Assembly (NCBI GenBank): GCA_023898465.1
Contig: CP060223.1
Location: 896,001-960,000, forward strand
DNA: 64,000 bases
From: Candidatus Nomurabacteria bacterium
Lineage (GTDB): Bacteria > Patescibacteriota > Patescibacteriia > HK-STAS-PATE-3
Reading direction: 5' to 3'
A model generated the notes under the pieces. It was given only the letters and a program-made list of their open reading frames with translations, ran no database searches and was not told the DNA's origin. The translations under genes and the position numbers were made by a program. This document shows positions 9,861 to 20,585 of this stretch, in pieces (positions within the stretch are counted from its first letter, which is position 1; every line of letters starts with the position of its first letter).

Positions 9861-9900
9861 AGTGGGAAATCAGTGAAACCTTGAGATGGACAAATGAACT

Positions 9901-10140
9901 TTATTCTTTACTTGCTTCGGCCGGCTCTTGTTTCTGTCGCTTTTTCGCTCGCTTATCGAGCTTTGTTTCCATCTTGAGCACGTCCCGACCGCGGTAATAT
10001 CCGCAATTCGTACAGGCCCGATGGGGCATAATAGCCGACTGACAGCGCGGGCAGGTCGTTAATGACCGACCCTGCAGCGCAAAGTGTGACGCGCGGCGCA
10101 AGCGTGACCCCTTTGATCTTCGTTGTGCGGGAAGTCCCAT
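9901..10140 (-). CDS. rpmF: 50S ribosomal protein L32
   Basis: RRSKGSRLRRASHF...CPRC...PHRACTNCGYYRGRDV zinc-ribbon L32 signature. Confidence 0.85.
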   Translation of the reverse strand: MGLPAQRRSKGSRLRRASHFALQGRSLTTCPRCQSAIMPHRACTNCGYYRGRDVLKMETKLDKRAKKRQKQEPAEASKE

Positions 10141-10225
10141 ATCCGTTTCAGATAACAGTAAAACAGTTGCACGATACCAAAAGAAGCCGGAATAAGCAAG
10201 CGCGGCTTAGAAAGGAAATAGTAGA

Positions 10226-12700
10226 CTAGACAAAGGCTACTGTAGCGACCTTATCTCCGCCGTCGGCTAATCGCATAATACGGACACCCTGCGTGTCACG
10301 ACCTAAGACCGATACTGACTTCAAAGGTAGGCGAATAACCTGACCTTTTTGAGACATACAGATGAGGTCGTTTTGCTCTAGTTTCGCATTTACGATAAAG
10401 GCTGACACGATTTGACCGGTCTTTGGGGTGATCTTGGCAGTACGAATGCCGCTACCGCCGCGACCCTGCACCTTGTAATTCCCTAGCTGGGTGCGTTTGC
10501 CATAACCGTTATCCATGACCACTAAGACCTGCTCATTACTCGACGCCTTGCCATCGTGAATGACATCCATGCCAGCTACTTCATCACCTGACTTCAATCG
10601 CATACCGCGAACACCAGCGGCAGTGCGTCCCATTGGCCGAACTCCAGCTTCTTTGAAGCGAATCGCCTGGCCCTTCGCCGTCACGATAAGAATATCATCA
10701 CTACCGGTTGAAGGTTTGGTCCATTGCAAGCGATCGTCATCTTTCACCGTGATGGCAATTAAACCGGATCGACGTACTTTCAGGAATTGCTCAATCGCCA
10801 CTTTCTTAATCAGGCCCTTCTTAGTAACCATGATAAGGTATTTGCAACCTTCGAAATTCGGCGTTGCCAGCACATCAGAAATTCGCTCTTCGCCACGCAG
10901 CTGCAGGAAGTTTACAATCGCCTGGCCCTTGGCAGTACGAGAGGCAACCGGGATATCATAGGCCTTTAATTGGAAAACGCGACCAGTCGTAGTGAAGAAG
11001 AGAATGTCGGCATGCGTCATGGTAGAGAAGAATTCCTGCACCAGGTCTTCTTCTTTGGTGGTTAATCCAATCACGCCTTTGCCGCCGCGGCTCTGTGTCT
11101 TGAAGGTGTCAGGAGCAAGTCGCTTAATATAACCATCGCGCGTCATCATCACAATGGTCGCTTCGTTCGGGATGAGATCCTCTTGACTGAAGCTACCAAC
11201 AGCCTGCGGCACAATTTGTGTGCGTCGCTCGTCGCCAAACTTTTCTCGCAGGGCAAGTAATTCATCCTTAATAATGCCAAGCATTTTCTGCTTTGATTTC
11301 AGGATAGATTCAAACTCTTTAATAAGCTTCTGCTTTTCCTTATACTCGTCTTCAATCTTTTGTCGCTCCAGGTTGGCTAACTGCTGCAACTTCATTTCCA
11401 AAATTGCGACAGCTTGAATTTCTGTCAGCTTGAATTTCTTAATTAAATTAATCTTCGCCTCATCCTTATCTTTTGATTTCTTGATCGTCGCAATAACTGG
11501 ATCAAGTTTGGCGAGAGCGATGCGTAAACCTTCTAAAATGTGAGCGCGCTTCTTTGCCACATCGAGATCAAATGCAGTACGACGTCGCACAACTTCCTGA
11601 CGATGCTTCAGATACTCTTCCAGGATCATCTTTAAGGTCAGCACGCGTGGCTGAATACCATCGACCAAAGCAAGCATATTGAAGTGGAAGGAGCTCTGCA
11701 GGCCGCTAAGCTGGAAAAGGCGATTCAACACCTTCTTTGGATACGCGTCGCGCTTCAACTCAATCACAACGCGAATGCCATCCTTATCTGACTCATCACG
11801 CAAATCGCGAATACCCTCAATACGCTTGTTTGTAACTAACTCGGCAATATCTTTGAGAAGTTGCGCTTTGTTCAGCTGATAAGGAAGCTCAGTCACAATG
11901 ATCTTAAACTGACCGCCATTATCTTCTACAATCTCCGTCTTGGCGCGCACCACAATCGAACCTTTACCTGTAGCGTAGGCTTGCTTCAGCGATTCAATGT
12001 CATACAGGATACCGCCGGTTGGGAAGTCAGGGCCTTTCACAAATTCCATGAGGTCTTCGATCGTGGCGTCTGGATTGGCAATCAGGTGAATAACCGCATC
12101 GATCAATTCGGTCAAATTATGCGGGGGCACGCTGGTTGCCATACCCACCGCAATTCCAACTGCACCATTTAAAAGCAAGTTAGGCAGTTTTGCTGGGAGC
12201 ACCCTTGGCTCTTGCTGTGATCCATCGTAGTTTGGCAGGAAATCAACCGTCTTCTTTTCAATGTCCAGCATCATTTCTTCAGCAATGCGGTCGAGCTTGG
12301 CCTCGGTATAACGCATAGCAGCCGGAGCATCACCATCAACAGATCCAAAGTTACCTTGGCCATCGACCAAGGTATATCGCATAGAGAAATCCTGAGCCAA
12401 GCGTACCATTGCTTCATATACTGGCGCATCACCATGCGGGTGATATTTACCAAGCACCTCACCAACCACCGTAGCTGATTTGCGATACTTCGCCCCAGGG
12501 CGCAAGCCAATATCCCACATAGCGTAGAGAATACGGCGGTGCACTGGCTTCATGCCATCACGTACATCAGGCAAGGCACGCGAAACAATAACCGACATAG
12601 CATAGTCGAGGTAGGAGGTTTCCATTTCCTCGACAATTGGTCGCGGTTGAATTGATCCGATAGAAAAGGTTGGAGTAATTTTTTGCTTCTTGCTTGCCAT
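10226..12700 (-). CDS. gyrA: DNA gyrase subunit A
   Basis: [29 protein letters not shown] (active-site Tyr region) and C-terminal beta-pinwheel repeats. Confidence 0.95.
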   Translation of the reverse strand: MASKKQKITPTFSIGSIQPRPIVEEMETSYLDYAMSVIVSRALPDVRDGMKPVHRRILYAMWDIGLRPGAKYRKSATVVGEVLGKYHPHGDAPVYEAMVRLAQDFSMRYTLVDGQGNFGSVDGDAPAAMRYTEAKLDRIAEEMMLDIEKKTVDFLPNYDGSQQEPRVLPAKLPNLLLNGAVGIAVGMATSVPPHNLTELIDAVIHLIANPDATIEDLMEFVKGPDFPTGGILYDIESLKQAYATGKGSIVVRAKTEIVEDNGGQFKIIVTELPYQLNKAQLLKDIAELVTNKRIEGIRDLRDESDKDGIRVVIELKRDAYPKKVLNRLFQLSGLQSSFHFNMLALVDGIQPRVLTLKMILEEYLKHRQEVVRRRTAFDLDVAKKRAHILEGLRIALAKLDPVIATIKKSKDKDEAKINLIKKFKLTEIQAVAILEMKLQQLANLERQKIEDEYKEKQKLIKEFESILKSKQKMLGIIKDELLALREKFGDERRTQIVPQAVGSFSQEDLIPNEATIVMMTRDGYIKRLAPDTFKTQSRGGKGVIGLTTKEEDLVQEFFSTMTHADILFFTTTGRVFQLKAYDIPVASRTAKGQAIVNFLQLRGEERISDVLATPNFEGCKYLIMVTKKGLIKKVAIEQFLKVRRSGLIAITVKDDDRLQWTKPSTGSDDILIVTAKGQAIRFKEAGVRPMGRTAAGVRGMRLKSGDEVAGMDVIHDGKASSNEQVLVVMDNGYGKRTQLGNYKVQGRGGSGIRTAKITPKTGQIVSAFIVNAKLEQNDLICMSQKGQVIRLPLKSVSVLGRDTQGVRIMRLADGGDKVATVAFV

Positions 12701-12702
12701 AC

Positions 12703-13107
12703 TTATTCAGGAAGGGTACGGAAACTGCCGGAGTCTTGAGCATCACTCGGGAATACCCGCTGCTCTAAATCTTGCAGCTCTTCATCACTTAAATTTGCAT
12801 TATTCGTATTAGCCGCTTGTGAGTTTGTGCCAAAGACGCGACTTACTTCGGACTTAATCCGATCATAGAGAGATTCATCACCGCCGCCGGTTCGACTTAA
12901 GTTCAATCCAATCAAAGCGACCCAGAGTACGGCGATAACGAGCGTGGCACCTGCTACAGAGACCCAAAGCTTTTTACTTGCATTCACTGTTGGAGCACTA
13001 GCCTGTAATGGCGCCTTTACTTCTGCTACTGAGCTAGGTGAGGTCTTCGCCTTGCTTGTTCGGGCACTTACTCGCTTACGGGTTGGAACAGTGCGTCGCG
13101 TTGGCAT
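12703..13107 (-). CDS. hypothetical single-pass membrane protein
   Basis: Basic N-terminus, one TM helix ([17 protein letters not shown]) and an acidic C-terminus. Co-oriented and abutting gyrA. Confidence 0.45.
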   Translation of the reverse strand: MPTRRTVPTRKRVSARTSKAKTSPSSVAEVKAPLQASAPTVNASKKLWVSVAGATLVIAVLWVALIGLNLSRTGGGDESLYDRIKSEVSRVFGTNSQAANTNNANLSDEELQDLEQRVFPSDAQDSGSFRTLPE

Positions 13108-13733
13108 TATGATTGCACGATTACGACGCGAGTAGCATCTTGAGGAAGTTCCTTTGGCGTGATTTTCAATTTATCTACCTTCTCCGCATCTTGCGCACCG
13201 TATTCTTTCAAGAATGCATCAACCGGGTCCAGCTTCATTTTCACGCCTGGGGTTTTATACATCATTGGAATAATGATGCGTGGCTCGATTTCGCTGACCA
13301 AAGCGCTTGCCTTCTTTGCATCCAAGACATCATTTCCACCAACCGGCAAACAGAGGATGTCGACACCCTCTAAACGGTCAAGTTGATTTTCAGTCAAAAC
13401 TGTTGAGAGATCACCGAGGTGAGCAATAGTTAACCCCTCTGCCTCAATAACATAAAGCGTGGTGCGTCGTTTCTTGTCACCGTTGTGTTGCACGCCATGG
13501 CCCCACACAAAAACATTCTTCACCTCGTACTCACCTGGACCAGTAATGCGGAAAGGATCGCCACCGCCAGCAGTAATATTCCCGTGCTCTGGTCGATCGC
13601 TCGTAGCTAATACTAAATCCGATGCAAAGCGGGGCGGTTTCAAACCGACCGAGGCATCATAGGGATCAATTAATATGCTCAGATCGCGGAGCACCAAGCG
13701 GAAGCAGGCGAGACCGTGCCAATAAATATGCAT
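13107..13733 (-). CDS. MBL-fold metallo-hydrolase
   Basis: MHIYWHGLACFRL and DVLCLPVGGN fit a metallo-beta-lactamase superfamily small hydrolase. The HxHxDH region is degenerate. Confidence 0.65.
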   Translation of the reverse strand: MHIYWHGLACFRLVLRDLSILIDPYDASVGLKPPRFASDLVLATSDRPEHGNITAGGGDPFRITGPGEYEVKNVFVWGHGVQHNGDKKRRTTLYVIEAEGLTIAHLGDLSTVLTENQLDRLEGVDILCLPVGGNDVLDAKKASALVSEIEPRIIIPMMYKTPGVKMKLDPVDAFLKEYGAQDAEKVDKLKITPKELPQDATRVVIVQS

Positions 13734-13811
13734 AGCAAAAGTTTCAGCTGAAAGACAAAATTACCCTACCACATTTAGTGCTAAAGGTAAAGCAATACTT
13801 TGCCTAAAAAT

Positions 13812-14591
13812 TTAGTCGATCGGCAAGTCTGGTAAGGACTCCTCATCCCCTGAGGAGACCGGACTTACCAAGCTATCCCGGTGTAAGGGATCTGGAGCAT
13901 CTTCCTCACCATCTTCAGGGTCCGTACTTGGCGCCTCGGTAGTACCTAGTCTCCCTGAGTCACCGAAATGCATGCGAGTATCTTGCTGAGGTACTGAGGG
14001 GGCGACGGTTTTTGGGGTCTCAGTTTTTGATGTGTCTTTATCAAAATCAACCAATATCTTGCGACGGCCAAGCATAGCCTCCTCTCGCTTCTCATCAAGC
14101 TGATCAAGAGTACTTTTGCCAATTTTTTCATCAATGCGTTGGGTTGGGCCGAGATTATTTTTCACACGGGTAATATATTTTTTCCGACGTGCCAGTCGAT
14201 CTAGCCACGACTCTTCAGCCTTCTTTTCAGTCGGAGCTGTAGTAGAGCTAGCTTTTTCAATAAAAGCCTTTGGATATTCTCGAGCAGCCGAAGCGCTTAA
14301 TCGCAGACTTTGGCCGGTTTTGTCTAATTTTAGCGTACGTCGAGGGCCAAAAGTTTGCTTCAGTGCTTTTACAAATTTTTCCCCTCGTTCAGCACTTATG
14401 GCGCCTTTACCACTGGCAACCGCCCGAAGTATTGCTCTAGGTCGGGCAATACCCTGCTTACGCAAAGCACTCTCCAACTCTGGATGCTGGAGGGCTTTTT
14501 GCAGGGTTTCCTTTGGTAAGCGTCCGCCACCTTGGCTCAATATCGAGCGTCCAAGGGCTTTTTGCAGATCTGCTCCTTGTATTTTTGCCAT
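13812..14591 (-). CDS. hypothetical hydrophilic protein
   Basis: 259 aa, no TM helices, low complexity. No family recognised. Confidence 0.4.
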   Translation of the reverse strand: MAKIQGADLQKALGRSILSQGGGRLPKETLQKALQHPELESALRKQGIARPRAILRAVASGKGAISAERGEKFVKALKQTFGPRRTLKLDKTGQSLRLSASAAREYPKAFIEKASSTTAPTEKKAEESWLDRLARRKKYITRVKNNLGPTQRIDEKIGKSTLDQLDEKREEAMLGRRKILVDFDKDTSKTETPKTVAPSVPQQDTRMHFGDSGRLGTTEAPSTDPEDGEEDAPDPLHRDSLVSPVSSGDEESLPDLPID

Positions 14592-14668
14592 ATTTTTTAC
14601 CTACAATTACTATTATACACTTTTTTAATGTTTTTGTCAATATATATCCCTTTTTATACCTTTGAGAC

Positions 14669-14697
14669 TTGCCAAAACAGAGGAGTCAGCGTACAAT
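14669..14697 (+). promoter_or_regulatory. sigma70-type promoter TTGCCA-17-TACAAT upstream of rpsA, followed by a leader of about 100 nt
   Basis: ttgcca (14669-14674), a 17-nt spacer, then tacaat (14692-14697). Confidence 0.45.
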
Positions 14698-14802
14698 TGC
14701 GGGCACTGCCGAATTACTCTCCCCCGGTTTCGTAGAGGGCTACGATACGGCAGCCGGGACTTTCCGCCCTAGGCGTAAGGTTAAACAATATATGTAGTAA
14801 AG

Positions 14803-16035
14803 ATGAACACGGTTACCAAATCTCCCGTGGATCTTCAATCGTCAGCAATGGCAAAATTGCTAGCTGAAGAAGACCAACAACCTCGATTACCAAAGGTTGG
14901 TGATTTAGTTGAAGGGAAAGTATTAAGCGTTTCCAAGAGCGAAGTACACTTGGATATTGATGGCATTACCACGGGCGTTGTCCGAGGTCGCGAATTATTC
15001 GACGAATCAGGTGATTCAGCGGATTTGAAAATTAGCGATCTTGCCCAAGCTACTATTCTCGAGCTTGAAAATGAAAACGGTGAAATGGAATTATCCTTCC
15101 GACACGCCGGACACCAAAAAGCCTGGAATGAATTAGAGGATCTCCAATCAAATGCGAAACCAATTGACGTACCAATCATTGAAGCCAATCGTGGTGGACT
15201 CATGGTCCGCGTCGGTCGCGTAGAAGGATTCTTGCCTGTCTCTCAACTTACTACCGAGCACTATCCTCGCGTAGAAGGTGGCGACAAAAATAAGATTCTT
15301 GAAAAACTACAAAGCTATGTCGGTAGCAGCTTCAAGGTAAAAGTAATTGACGTTGATGAAACTGACAGCAAGCTGATTGTTTCAGAAAAAGCAGCTTGGG
15401 AAGAGCAACATCAAGAAAAGCTTTCTCAGTACGAAGTTGGTCAAAGCGTCAAAGGTAAAGTTACCGGCGTAGTTGACTTCGGTGCTTTTGTAGAATTTGA
15501 TTCTGGGCTCGAGGGTCTAGTCCACATTTCTGAAATGGCATGGCAGCGAGTTGACGACCCACACGACCTCGTCAAGGTTGGCGATGAAATTGAAGTGAAG
15601 ATTATCGGCATTGAGGGAAATAAAATTTCTCTCTCCATGAAGCAACTCACTGAAGATCCTTGGATGCAGGCGGTTGAGAAATATAAGGTTGGCGATGTCG
15701 TGAAAGGAAAAGTAACAAAGCTCAATCCATTTGGCGCCTTTGTAGAACTGGATGAAGAGATTCATGGCTTAGCCCACATCTCTGAACTCTCTGAGAAAAA
15801 TATCAGCCATCCGGGTGAAGTGTTGAAAGTTGACGAAAGCTACGACTTCAAAATTCTCTCCATCGAACCAAAGAGTCACCGCCTCGGTCTCTCCATTAAG
15901 GCTATTAATCAGCCGGATGAGCCAGCAGCAGAAGAGACAAAAGATGAAGAGGAAAAGAGCGTACCAAGTGACGAAAGCTCAGAAGAAAATACAGAGGAAG
16001 AAGTAGATAACGATTCATCAAAGGAACAATCCTAA
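14803..16035 (+). CDS. rpsA: 30S ribosomal protein S1
   Basis: Four S1 repeats (GDLVEGKV, GQSVKGKV, GDVVKGKV) and an acidic C-terminal tail. Confidence 0.9.
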   Translation: MNTVTKSPVDLQSSAMAKLLAEEDQQPRLPKVGDLVEGKVLSVSKSEVHLDIDGITTGVVRGRELFDESGDSADLKISDLAQATILELENENGEMELSFRHAGHQKAWNELEDLQSNAKPIDVPIIEANRGGLMVRVGRVEGFLPVSQLTTEHYPRVEGGDKNKILEKLQSYVGSSFKVKVIDVDETDSKLIVSEKAAWEEQHQEKLSQYEVGQSVKGKVTGVVDFGAFVEFDSGLEGLVHISEMAWQRVDDPHDLVKVGDEIEVKIIGIEGNKISLSMKQLTEDPWMQAVEKYKVGDVVKGKVTKLNPFGAFVELDEEIHGLAHISELSEKNISHPGEVLKVDESYDFKILSIEPKSHRLGLSIKAINQPDEPAAEETKDEEEKSVPSDESSEENTEEEVDNDSSKEQS

Positions 16036-16039
16036 GCCT

Positions 16040-17908
16040 ATGCGTTCACTCTTCAAAAACTTCATCATCTTCGCGTTTATTTTCCTGGTTATTGCCGGGG
16101 TATTAAGCGTACTTAATAGTCCTCTTGGCTCTAGTCAAGAAGTGCCACTCAGTGATGCGCTGGCAAAAGTAAAAGCAGGTGAAGTAAAGGAAGTGGTGGT
16201 TGATGGAGCAAAACTGTCTCTGACACTGCAGGACGATCAGACCATTACCACGAAGAAAGAGGAAAGTGAATCATTCACCGAGCTCGCCCAGAACTATGGC
16301 ATCACCACTGAGCAATTAGATGCAGTGAAACTCAGCGTGAAGGTTGATTCAACTTCCGTTTGGCTCACCCCACTTCTCACTTTCCTGGTTCCATTCCTAC
16401 TCATTGGTGGATTCATTTGGTTCACCTTCCGACAAGTGCAAGGACAAAATAGTCGAGCGCTTTCTTTCGGACGGAGCAACCCTCGCCAGCAAGAACCACA
16501 AAAGCAAAGAAAGCGTGTGCTATTCAAGGACGTGGCTGGTGCCCAAGAATCCAAAGAAGAACTGAAAGAGGTGGTTGAATTCCTTAAGAGTCCGAAGAAG
16601 TTCCTGAGCCTAGGCGCGCGCATACCGCGTGGCGTCCTCCTCGTTGGCTCACCAGGAACAGGTAAGACACTACTCGCTAAAGCTATTGCTGGCGAGGCAG
16701 ACGTACCCTTCTTCAACATCTCTGGATCGGAATTCGTTGAAATGTTTGTTGGTGTGGGAGCTTCTCGCGTACGTGATCTTTTCCGCCGAGCGAAGAAAAG
16801 CGCTCCTTGCATTATCTTCATTGATGAAATTGACGCAGTCGGACGCCAACGCGGTGCCGGCATTGGCGGCAGCCATGATGAGCGTGAACAGACCCTGAAC
16901 CAAATCCTGGTGGAGATGGACGGCTTTGACACTGACACAAACGTGATTGTTATTGCCGCAACCAACCGACCTGACATTCTCGATCCAGCCTTGCTGCGCC
17001 CTGGTCGTTTTGACCGACGTGTTGTCATTGACCTGCCGGATCTGAACGATCGTGAGGCTATCTTAAAGGTACACGCGGATAAAAAGCCATTAGCTCCATC
17101 AGTAAACCTTCGCACCGTTGCTGAGCGCACCCCTGGTTTCTCTGGTGCTGATCTCGCAAACCTGTTGAATGAAGCGGCTATCCTGGCTGCGCGCGCCAAT
17201 CGCAAAAGCGTAGAAATGGATGACTGTCTGCAGGCAATCGAAAAAGTTATCCTGGGACCCGAGCGACGAAGCCGTGTTATCTCAGACAAGGAAAAGAAGA
17301 TTACCGCCTATCACGAAGGCGGACACGCTTTAGTCGGTCACGTGCTTCCAAATGTAGACCCAGTGCGCAAAATCTCAATCATTTCCCGAGGCATGGCTGG
17401 AGGCTACACATTAAAACTACCTTCTGAAGATAAACATTATCGCAGCAAGTCGGAATTCCTCGACGAGCTAGCTATGATGCTCGGTGGCTGGACAGCAGAA
17501 CGACTGATCTTCCATGACATTACGACCGGCGCTTCTAATGACTTAAAGGAAGCGACCGCCCTAGCTCGTCGGATTGTGACGCAATACGGTATGAGTGACG
17601 CATTAGGACCACGCACCTTTGGTCAAAAAGAAGAAATGGTCTTCTTGGGCCGTGAAATCCACGAACGTCGTGATTACTCAGAAAAAATTGCCCAGCAAAT
17701 CGACGAGGAAGTAAGCACAATCATCAAAGACGCGCAGCATCGAGCTGAAAAGATTCTCAATGAGCAGCGCGATATGCTCGAAAACATTGCTGCGTATCTC
17801 ATCGCTCACGAGACTATTGAACAAGAAGAGTTTGAAAAGCTCGTTGGCGCAAAAGAAGCAGCTACCCCAACTGAACACAAGACTGCTGAAGAAACAGTAC
17901 AGACATAG
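16040..17908 (+). CDS. ftsH: ATP-dependent zinc metalloprotease FtsH
   Basis: N-terminal TM helices, Walker [17 protein letters not shown], and the zinc motif HEGGHA. Confidence 0.95.
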   Translation: MRSLFKNFIIFAFIFLVIAGVLSVLNSPLGSSQEVPLSDALAKVKAGEVKEVVVDGAKLSLTLQDDQTITTKKEESESFTELAQNYGITTEQLDAVKLSVKVDSTSVWLTPLLTFLVPFLLIGGFIWFTFRQVQGQNSRALSFGRSNPRQQEPQKQRKRVLFKDVAGAQESKEELKEVVEFLKSPKKFLSLGARIPRGVLLVGSPGTGKTLLAKAIAGEADVPFFNISGSEFVEMFVGVGASRVRDLFRRAKKSAPCIIFIDEIDAVGRQRGAGIGGSHDEREQTLNQILVEMDGFDTDTNVIVIAATNRPDILDPALLRPGRFDRRVVIDLPDLNDREAILKVHADKKPLAPSVNLRTVAERTPGFSGADLANLLNEAAILAARANRKSVEMDDCLQAIEKVILGPERRSRVISDKEKKITAYHEGGHALVGHVLPNVDPVRKISIISRGMAGGYTLKLPSEDKHYRSKSEFLDELAMMLGGWTAERLIFHDITTGASNDLKEATALARRIVTQYGMSDALGPRTFGQKEEMVFLGREIHERRDYSEKIAQQIDEEVSTIIKDAQHRAEKILNEQRDMLENIAAYLIAHETIEQEEFEKLVGAKEAATPTEHKTAEETVQT

Positions 17909-17929
17909 TTGCGACGCTTGGGGTAAAAG

Positions 17930-17938
17930 TGGTATACT
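17930..17938 (+). promoter_or_regulatory. extended -10 element TGGTATACT
   Basis: The same 9-mer recurs upstream of the pilin-like gene at 36308. It lies 24 nt before the ATG at 17962. Confidence 0.35.
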
Positions 17939-17961
17939 CTCGATAGGGGAAAACAGAATTC

Positions 17962-18888
17962 ATGCATTTCTATCGAGATATTCTCAAGCGCGCCTGGCAA
18001 GTAACCTACCGAAATCCATTCTTATGGTTCTTCGGGGTTTTTGCCGCACTCGCGGGTAACGGAGAGCAATACGACAGCTTCTTTGACAACGTGAGCTTTG
18101 TAGGAAACCTGCAGTTCAACATGGATCAACTGCGCGAAGCTCACATGGATGGTAAGCTAAATGAATTCTGGTCCAACTTTACCGTTTCCTTCGGTGATAA
18201 TGTTGGCTCCATGCTTCTACTGCTTTTTGTAGCTCTGGTGATCCTCTTCCTTTTCTTCTGGCTCGTCACTATTAGCCAGGCTGCGCTTATTCGCAGTGCC
18301 CAAAACTCATCTGAGAATAAACCGATTGCCTTTCTCGATATTTTTGGAGCTGCTATTCACCGATTCTGGCCACTCTTCCGCCTCAACCTCATTGTCGTAC
18401 TCTTTATCTACGGTCCGCTTGTGCTGCTTGGCTTACCAGCCCTGATTATTTATCTTGATTCTGGTAGCTTAGTTTGGTCAGTGGGACTTAGCCTGCTTGC
18501 CTTCCTTTTCCTTATTCCGATCGGCATCGTCCTCGCCTTCTTAACTAAGTTTGCCAGCGCCTACATAGTGCTTGAAGGACAATCCGCCCTCCAGGGTATT
18601 CGAAGTGCTCTTCAGCTCTTCCGAAAGAACTGGTTAGTGGCTGTTGAAACTGGTCTCCTCCTCCTCATCATCAACTTCATCTACGCTTTTGTTGCGGTGA
18701 GCATTATGACTATGCTGGGCTTCCCTCTCACCCAGGCTGGCGTGGTTGCCTTCACCGTAGTAATGATAATTCTGGGCTCAATCTACGCGGTATTCCGTTA
18801 TACGACCTGGACTATGCTTTGGCGAGAACTAGTGAATGACAAAGGCACTGCTAAGCTTGTTCGCCTCTTTCAAAACAAGGAACAATAA
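17962..18888 (+). CDS. hypothetical polytopic membrane protein
   Basis: 308 aa with about 6 TM helices. No family recognised. Confidence 0.5.
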   Translation: MHFYRDILKRAWQVTYRNPFLWFFGVFAALAGNGEQYDSFFDNVSFVGNLQFNMDQLREAHMDGKLNEFWSNFTVSFGDNVGSMLLLLFVALVILFLFFWLVTISQAALIRSAQNSSENKPIAFLDIFGAAIHRFWPLFRLNLIVVLFIYGPLVLLGLPALIIYLDSGSLVWSVGLSLLAFLFLIPIGIVLAFLTKFASAYIVLEGQSALQGIRSALQLFRKNWLVAVETGLLLLIINFIYAFVAVSIMTMLGFPLTQAGVVAFTVVMIILGSIYAVFRYTTWTMLWRELVNDKGTAKLVRLFQNKEQ

Positions 18889-18913
18889 GAAGGACTACGG
18901 AGCATACAGGCAC

Positions 18914-18936
18914 AACGGGCTTCTTGCCCGTTTTTT
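18914..18936 (+). terminator. rho-independent terminator
   Basis: aacgggcttcttgcccgtt followed by a T-run. Confidence 0.6.
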
Positions 18937-18940
18937 AGAC

Positions 18941-18969
18941 TTGGCGAAAGAGGTATTGCCTGCTAGAAT
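18941..18969 (+). promoter_or_regulatory. promoter TTGGCG-17-TAGAAT for tRNA-Ile(UAU)
   Basis: Hexamers with exact 17-nt spacing. The tRNA 5' end lies about 24 nt downstream. Confidence 0.4.
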
Positions 18970-18992
18970 CGAAACCGCTTTACTACATACAT

Positions 18993-19068
18993 GCGCGCCT
19001 AGCTCAATGGTTAGAGCAGTCGGCTTATATCCGACCGGTTCCAGGTTCGAGCCCTGGGGCGCGCACCA
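18993..19068 (+). tRNA. tRNA-Ile with a UAU anticodon, CCA encoded
   Basis: Manual cloverleaf. Acceptor gcgcgcc/ggcgcgc, D stem gctc/gagc, anticodon stem gtcgg/ccgac, loop cttatat (anticodon tat), T arm ccagg-ttcgagc-cctgg. Confidence 0.8.
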
Positions 19069-19117
19069 GGCTTAAAATGAAAACGACCGTAGCGAATTGC
19101 TGCGGCCGTCTTAGTGT

Positions 19118-19531
19118 TCATTCCTCCTGCCTTGGTGGAGCAACGGGCTCATCTTCAAGGAAACGAGCTTCCGGAAAAGCCACCTCCAGGACACCTAAGA
19201 GATCCTTTGTAGACTGTCCTCTCTTAGGTCCAACATAGAACGCCTGCTCGGCAGTTTCACCATCAGACTCCACCCTCACTACCAAGCGAGGTTGAGTGCC
19301 CTTATGCACGCGCACACCAGCTGGATCCGACCCATTTACCCGATGTAAACCTCCCTCCCGACGTACAGCGAGATCAAGTCGACCAAGTTGAACACGAAAG
19401 TCATGGGCTTTCCTGCGGAGCTCCGGATGCGTACAAGTAGACGTAAGCGGCGCTTCATTTGGCCTGGGTAGATGCCCAAAGTCCACGTGCATGCTTCCTC
19501 TTCTACTTCCCATGGAATACCTCCATAACAA
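19118..19531 (-). CDS. hypothetical protein, GC-rich, with possible distant Hsp20-like C-terminal motif (GVLEVAFPEA)
   Basis: 137-aa ORF at about 60% GC, sitting between two tRNA genes. The family assignment is weak. Confidence 0.3.
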   Translation of the reverse strand: MLWRYSMGSRRGSMHVDFGHLPRPNEAPLTSTCTHPELRRKAHDFRVQLGRLDLAVRREGGLHRVNGSDPAGVRVHKGTQPRLVVRVESDGETAEQAFYVGPKRGQSTKDLLGVLEVAFPEARFLEDEPVAPPRQEE

Positions 19532-19593
19532 AAACTCAAAGAGCCGCCCTCAAAGTACCCTAGGAACATGTCATCGTCAAATGTGGCGTCCGC

Positions 19594-19622
19594 TTGACCA
19601 GAAGCCCTGTTCTCGCTACACT
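19594..19622 (+). promoter_or_regulatory. promoter TTGACC-17-TACACT for tRNA-Val(GAC)
   Basis: Exact 17-nt spacing. The tRNA starts 15 nt downstream. Confidence 0.4.
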
Positions 19623-19636
19623 CTACGGCGTTATAT

Positions 19637-19713
19637 GGGCGGTTAGCTCAGTTGGTTAGAGCGCTACCTCGACACGGTAGAGGTCAGAGGTTCGACTCCT
19701 CTACCGCCCACCA
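19637..19713 (+). tRNA. tRNA-Val(GAC)
   Basis: Acceptor gggcggt/accgccc, anticodon stem ctacc/ggtag, loop tcgacac, CCA encoded. Confidence 0.9.
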
Positions 19714-19734
19714 CCATTAATGAGACCTGTCAGT

Positions 19735-20478
19735 CTACATAAAAGTAAACTGGCGGCCTTTTGCTTTTTTCACTAAGCGCAATACCTCATCCATGTCATC
19801 AGTGATGGTATATAACTGTGCGTCTTTTTTGCTAATTGCACCATCTTGCAACATTCGCTTGCGAATAAATGCATCAAGATCACACCAATACTCGCACCCA
19901 AAAAGAATGAGTGGGCGTTTATCAATCTTCCCATTCTGAATAAGAGTAGCAATGGTAAAAAACTCATCGAGTGTTCCAAAACCTCCTGGAAAAAATACAT
20001 AGGCGCGCGATGAGGTAGACATCATAGTCTTACGCGAGAAGAAATAGTAAAACCCAATGCCCCGCTGCACCCACTTATTCATGCGTTGCTCGTACGGTAA
20101 TTGAATGTTAAGACCAATCGATTCAGCCTTTACCTCGACAGCGCCCCGATTTGCAGCCTCCATAATACCTGGCCCGCCGCCGGTCACAATAGTATACCCA
20201 GCCTTACCTAACTTCTTAGCAAGCAAGCGTGCCTGCTTATATTCTTTTTCATTTTCTCCAGTTCGAGCTGAGCCAAAAATAGTCACGGGATGCTTCAACT
20301 CCGAGATAAATTCAAAGCCATCAATAAACTCGGACAGAATGCGAAAAATCCGCCAAGAAATATTATTTTTAAAATCAAAAGGTTGCACATGTCGCTCTGG
20401 CTTCGCCTTTGGACTGAGCTGGGAGGGATGAGTAATGTGCTCCTCTACTGTATTCATGTCTGTTTTTTTGCTTGGCAT
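19735..20478 (-). CDS. LOG-family (TIGR00730) cytokinin riboside 5'-monophosphate phosphoribohydrolase-like protein
   Basis: TIFGSARTGE, VTGGGPGIMEAANRGA and FFPGGFGTLDEFF motifs. Confidence 0.8.
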   Translation of the reverse strand: MPSKKTDMNTVEEHITHPSQLSPKAKPERHVQPFDFKNNISWRIFRILSEFIDGFEFISELKHPVTIFGSARTGENEKEYKQARLLAKKLGKAGYTIVTGGGPGIMEAANRGAVEVKAESIGLNIQLPYEQRMNKWVQRGIGFYYFFSRKTMMSTSSRAYVFFPGGFGTLDEFFTIATLIQNGKIDKRPLILFGCEYWCDLDAFIRKRMLQDGAISKKDAQLYTITDDMDEVLRLVKKAKGRQFTFM

Positions 20479-20585
20479 GGGTACTCAATGAAAAGATAAA
20501 CTCCTTACAGCATAGCAGAGCCTGGCCTGAGCGTCACTGCCATAAGCATTGCTGTCTCGACGCTCATTTGCTAGGCTATAGCTAT

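Noticed and set aside
16294-17289. 331-aa antisense ORF inside ftsH, plus other long overlapping ORFs (for example 15441-15765, 35547-35867, 36026-36490, 61137-61523, 52651-52926)
   Set aside because: They overlap well-supported genes in other frames or strands and have Arg/Ser/Pro-rich compositions typical of antisense translation of coding DNA. I treat them as spurious.
19701-19716. Doubled CCA (ccaccacca) after tRNA-Val(GAC)
   Set aside because: The first acc belongs to the acceptor stem (accgccc), so only one encoded CCA follows the discriminator. There is no tandem CCA.
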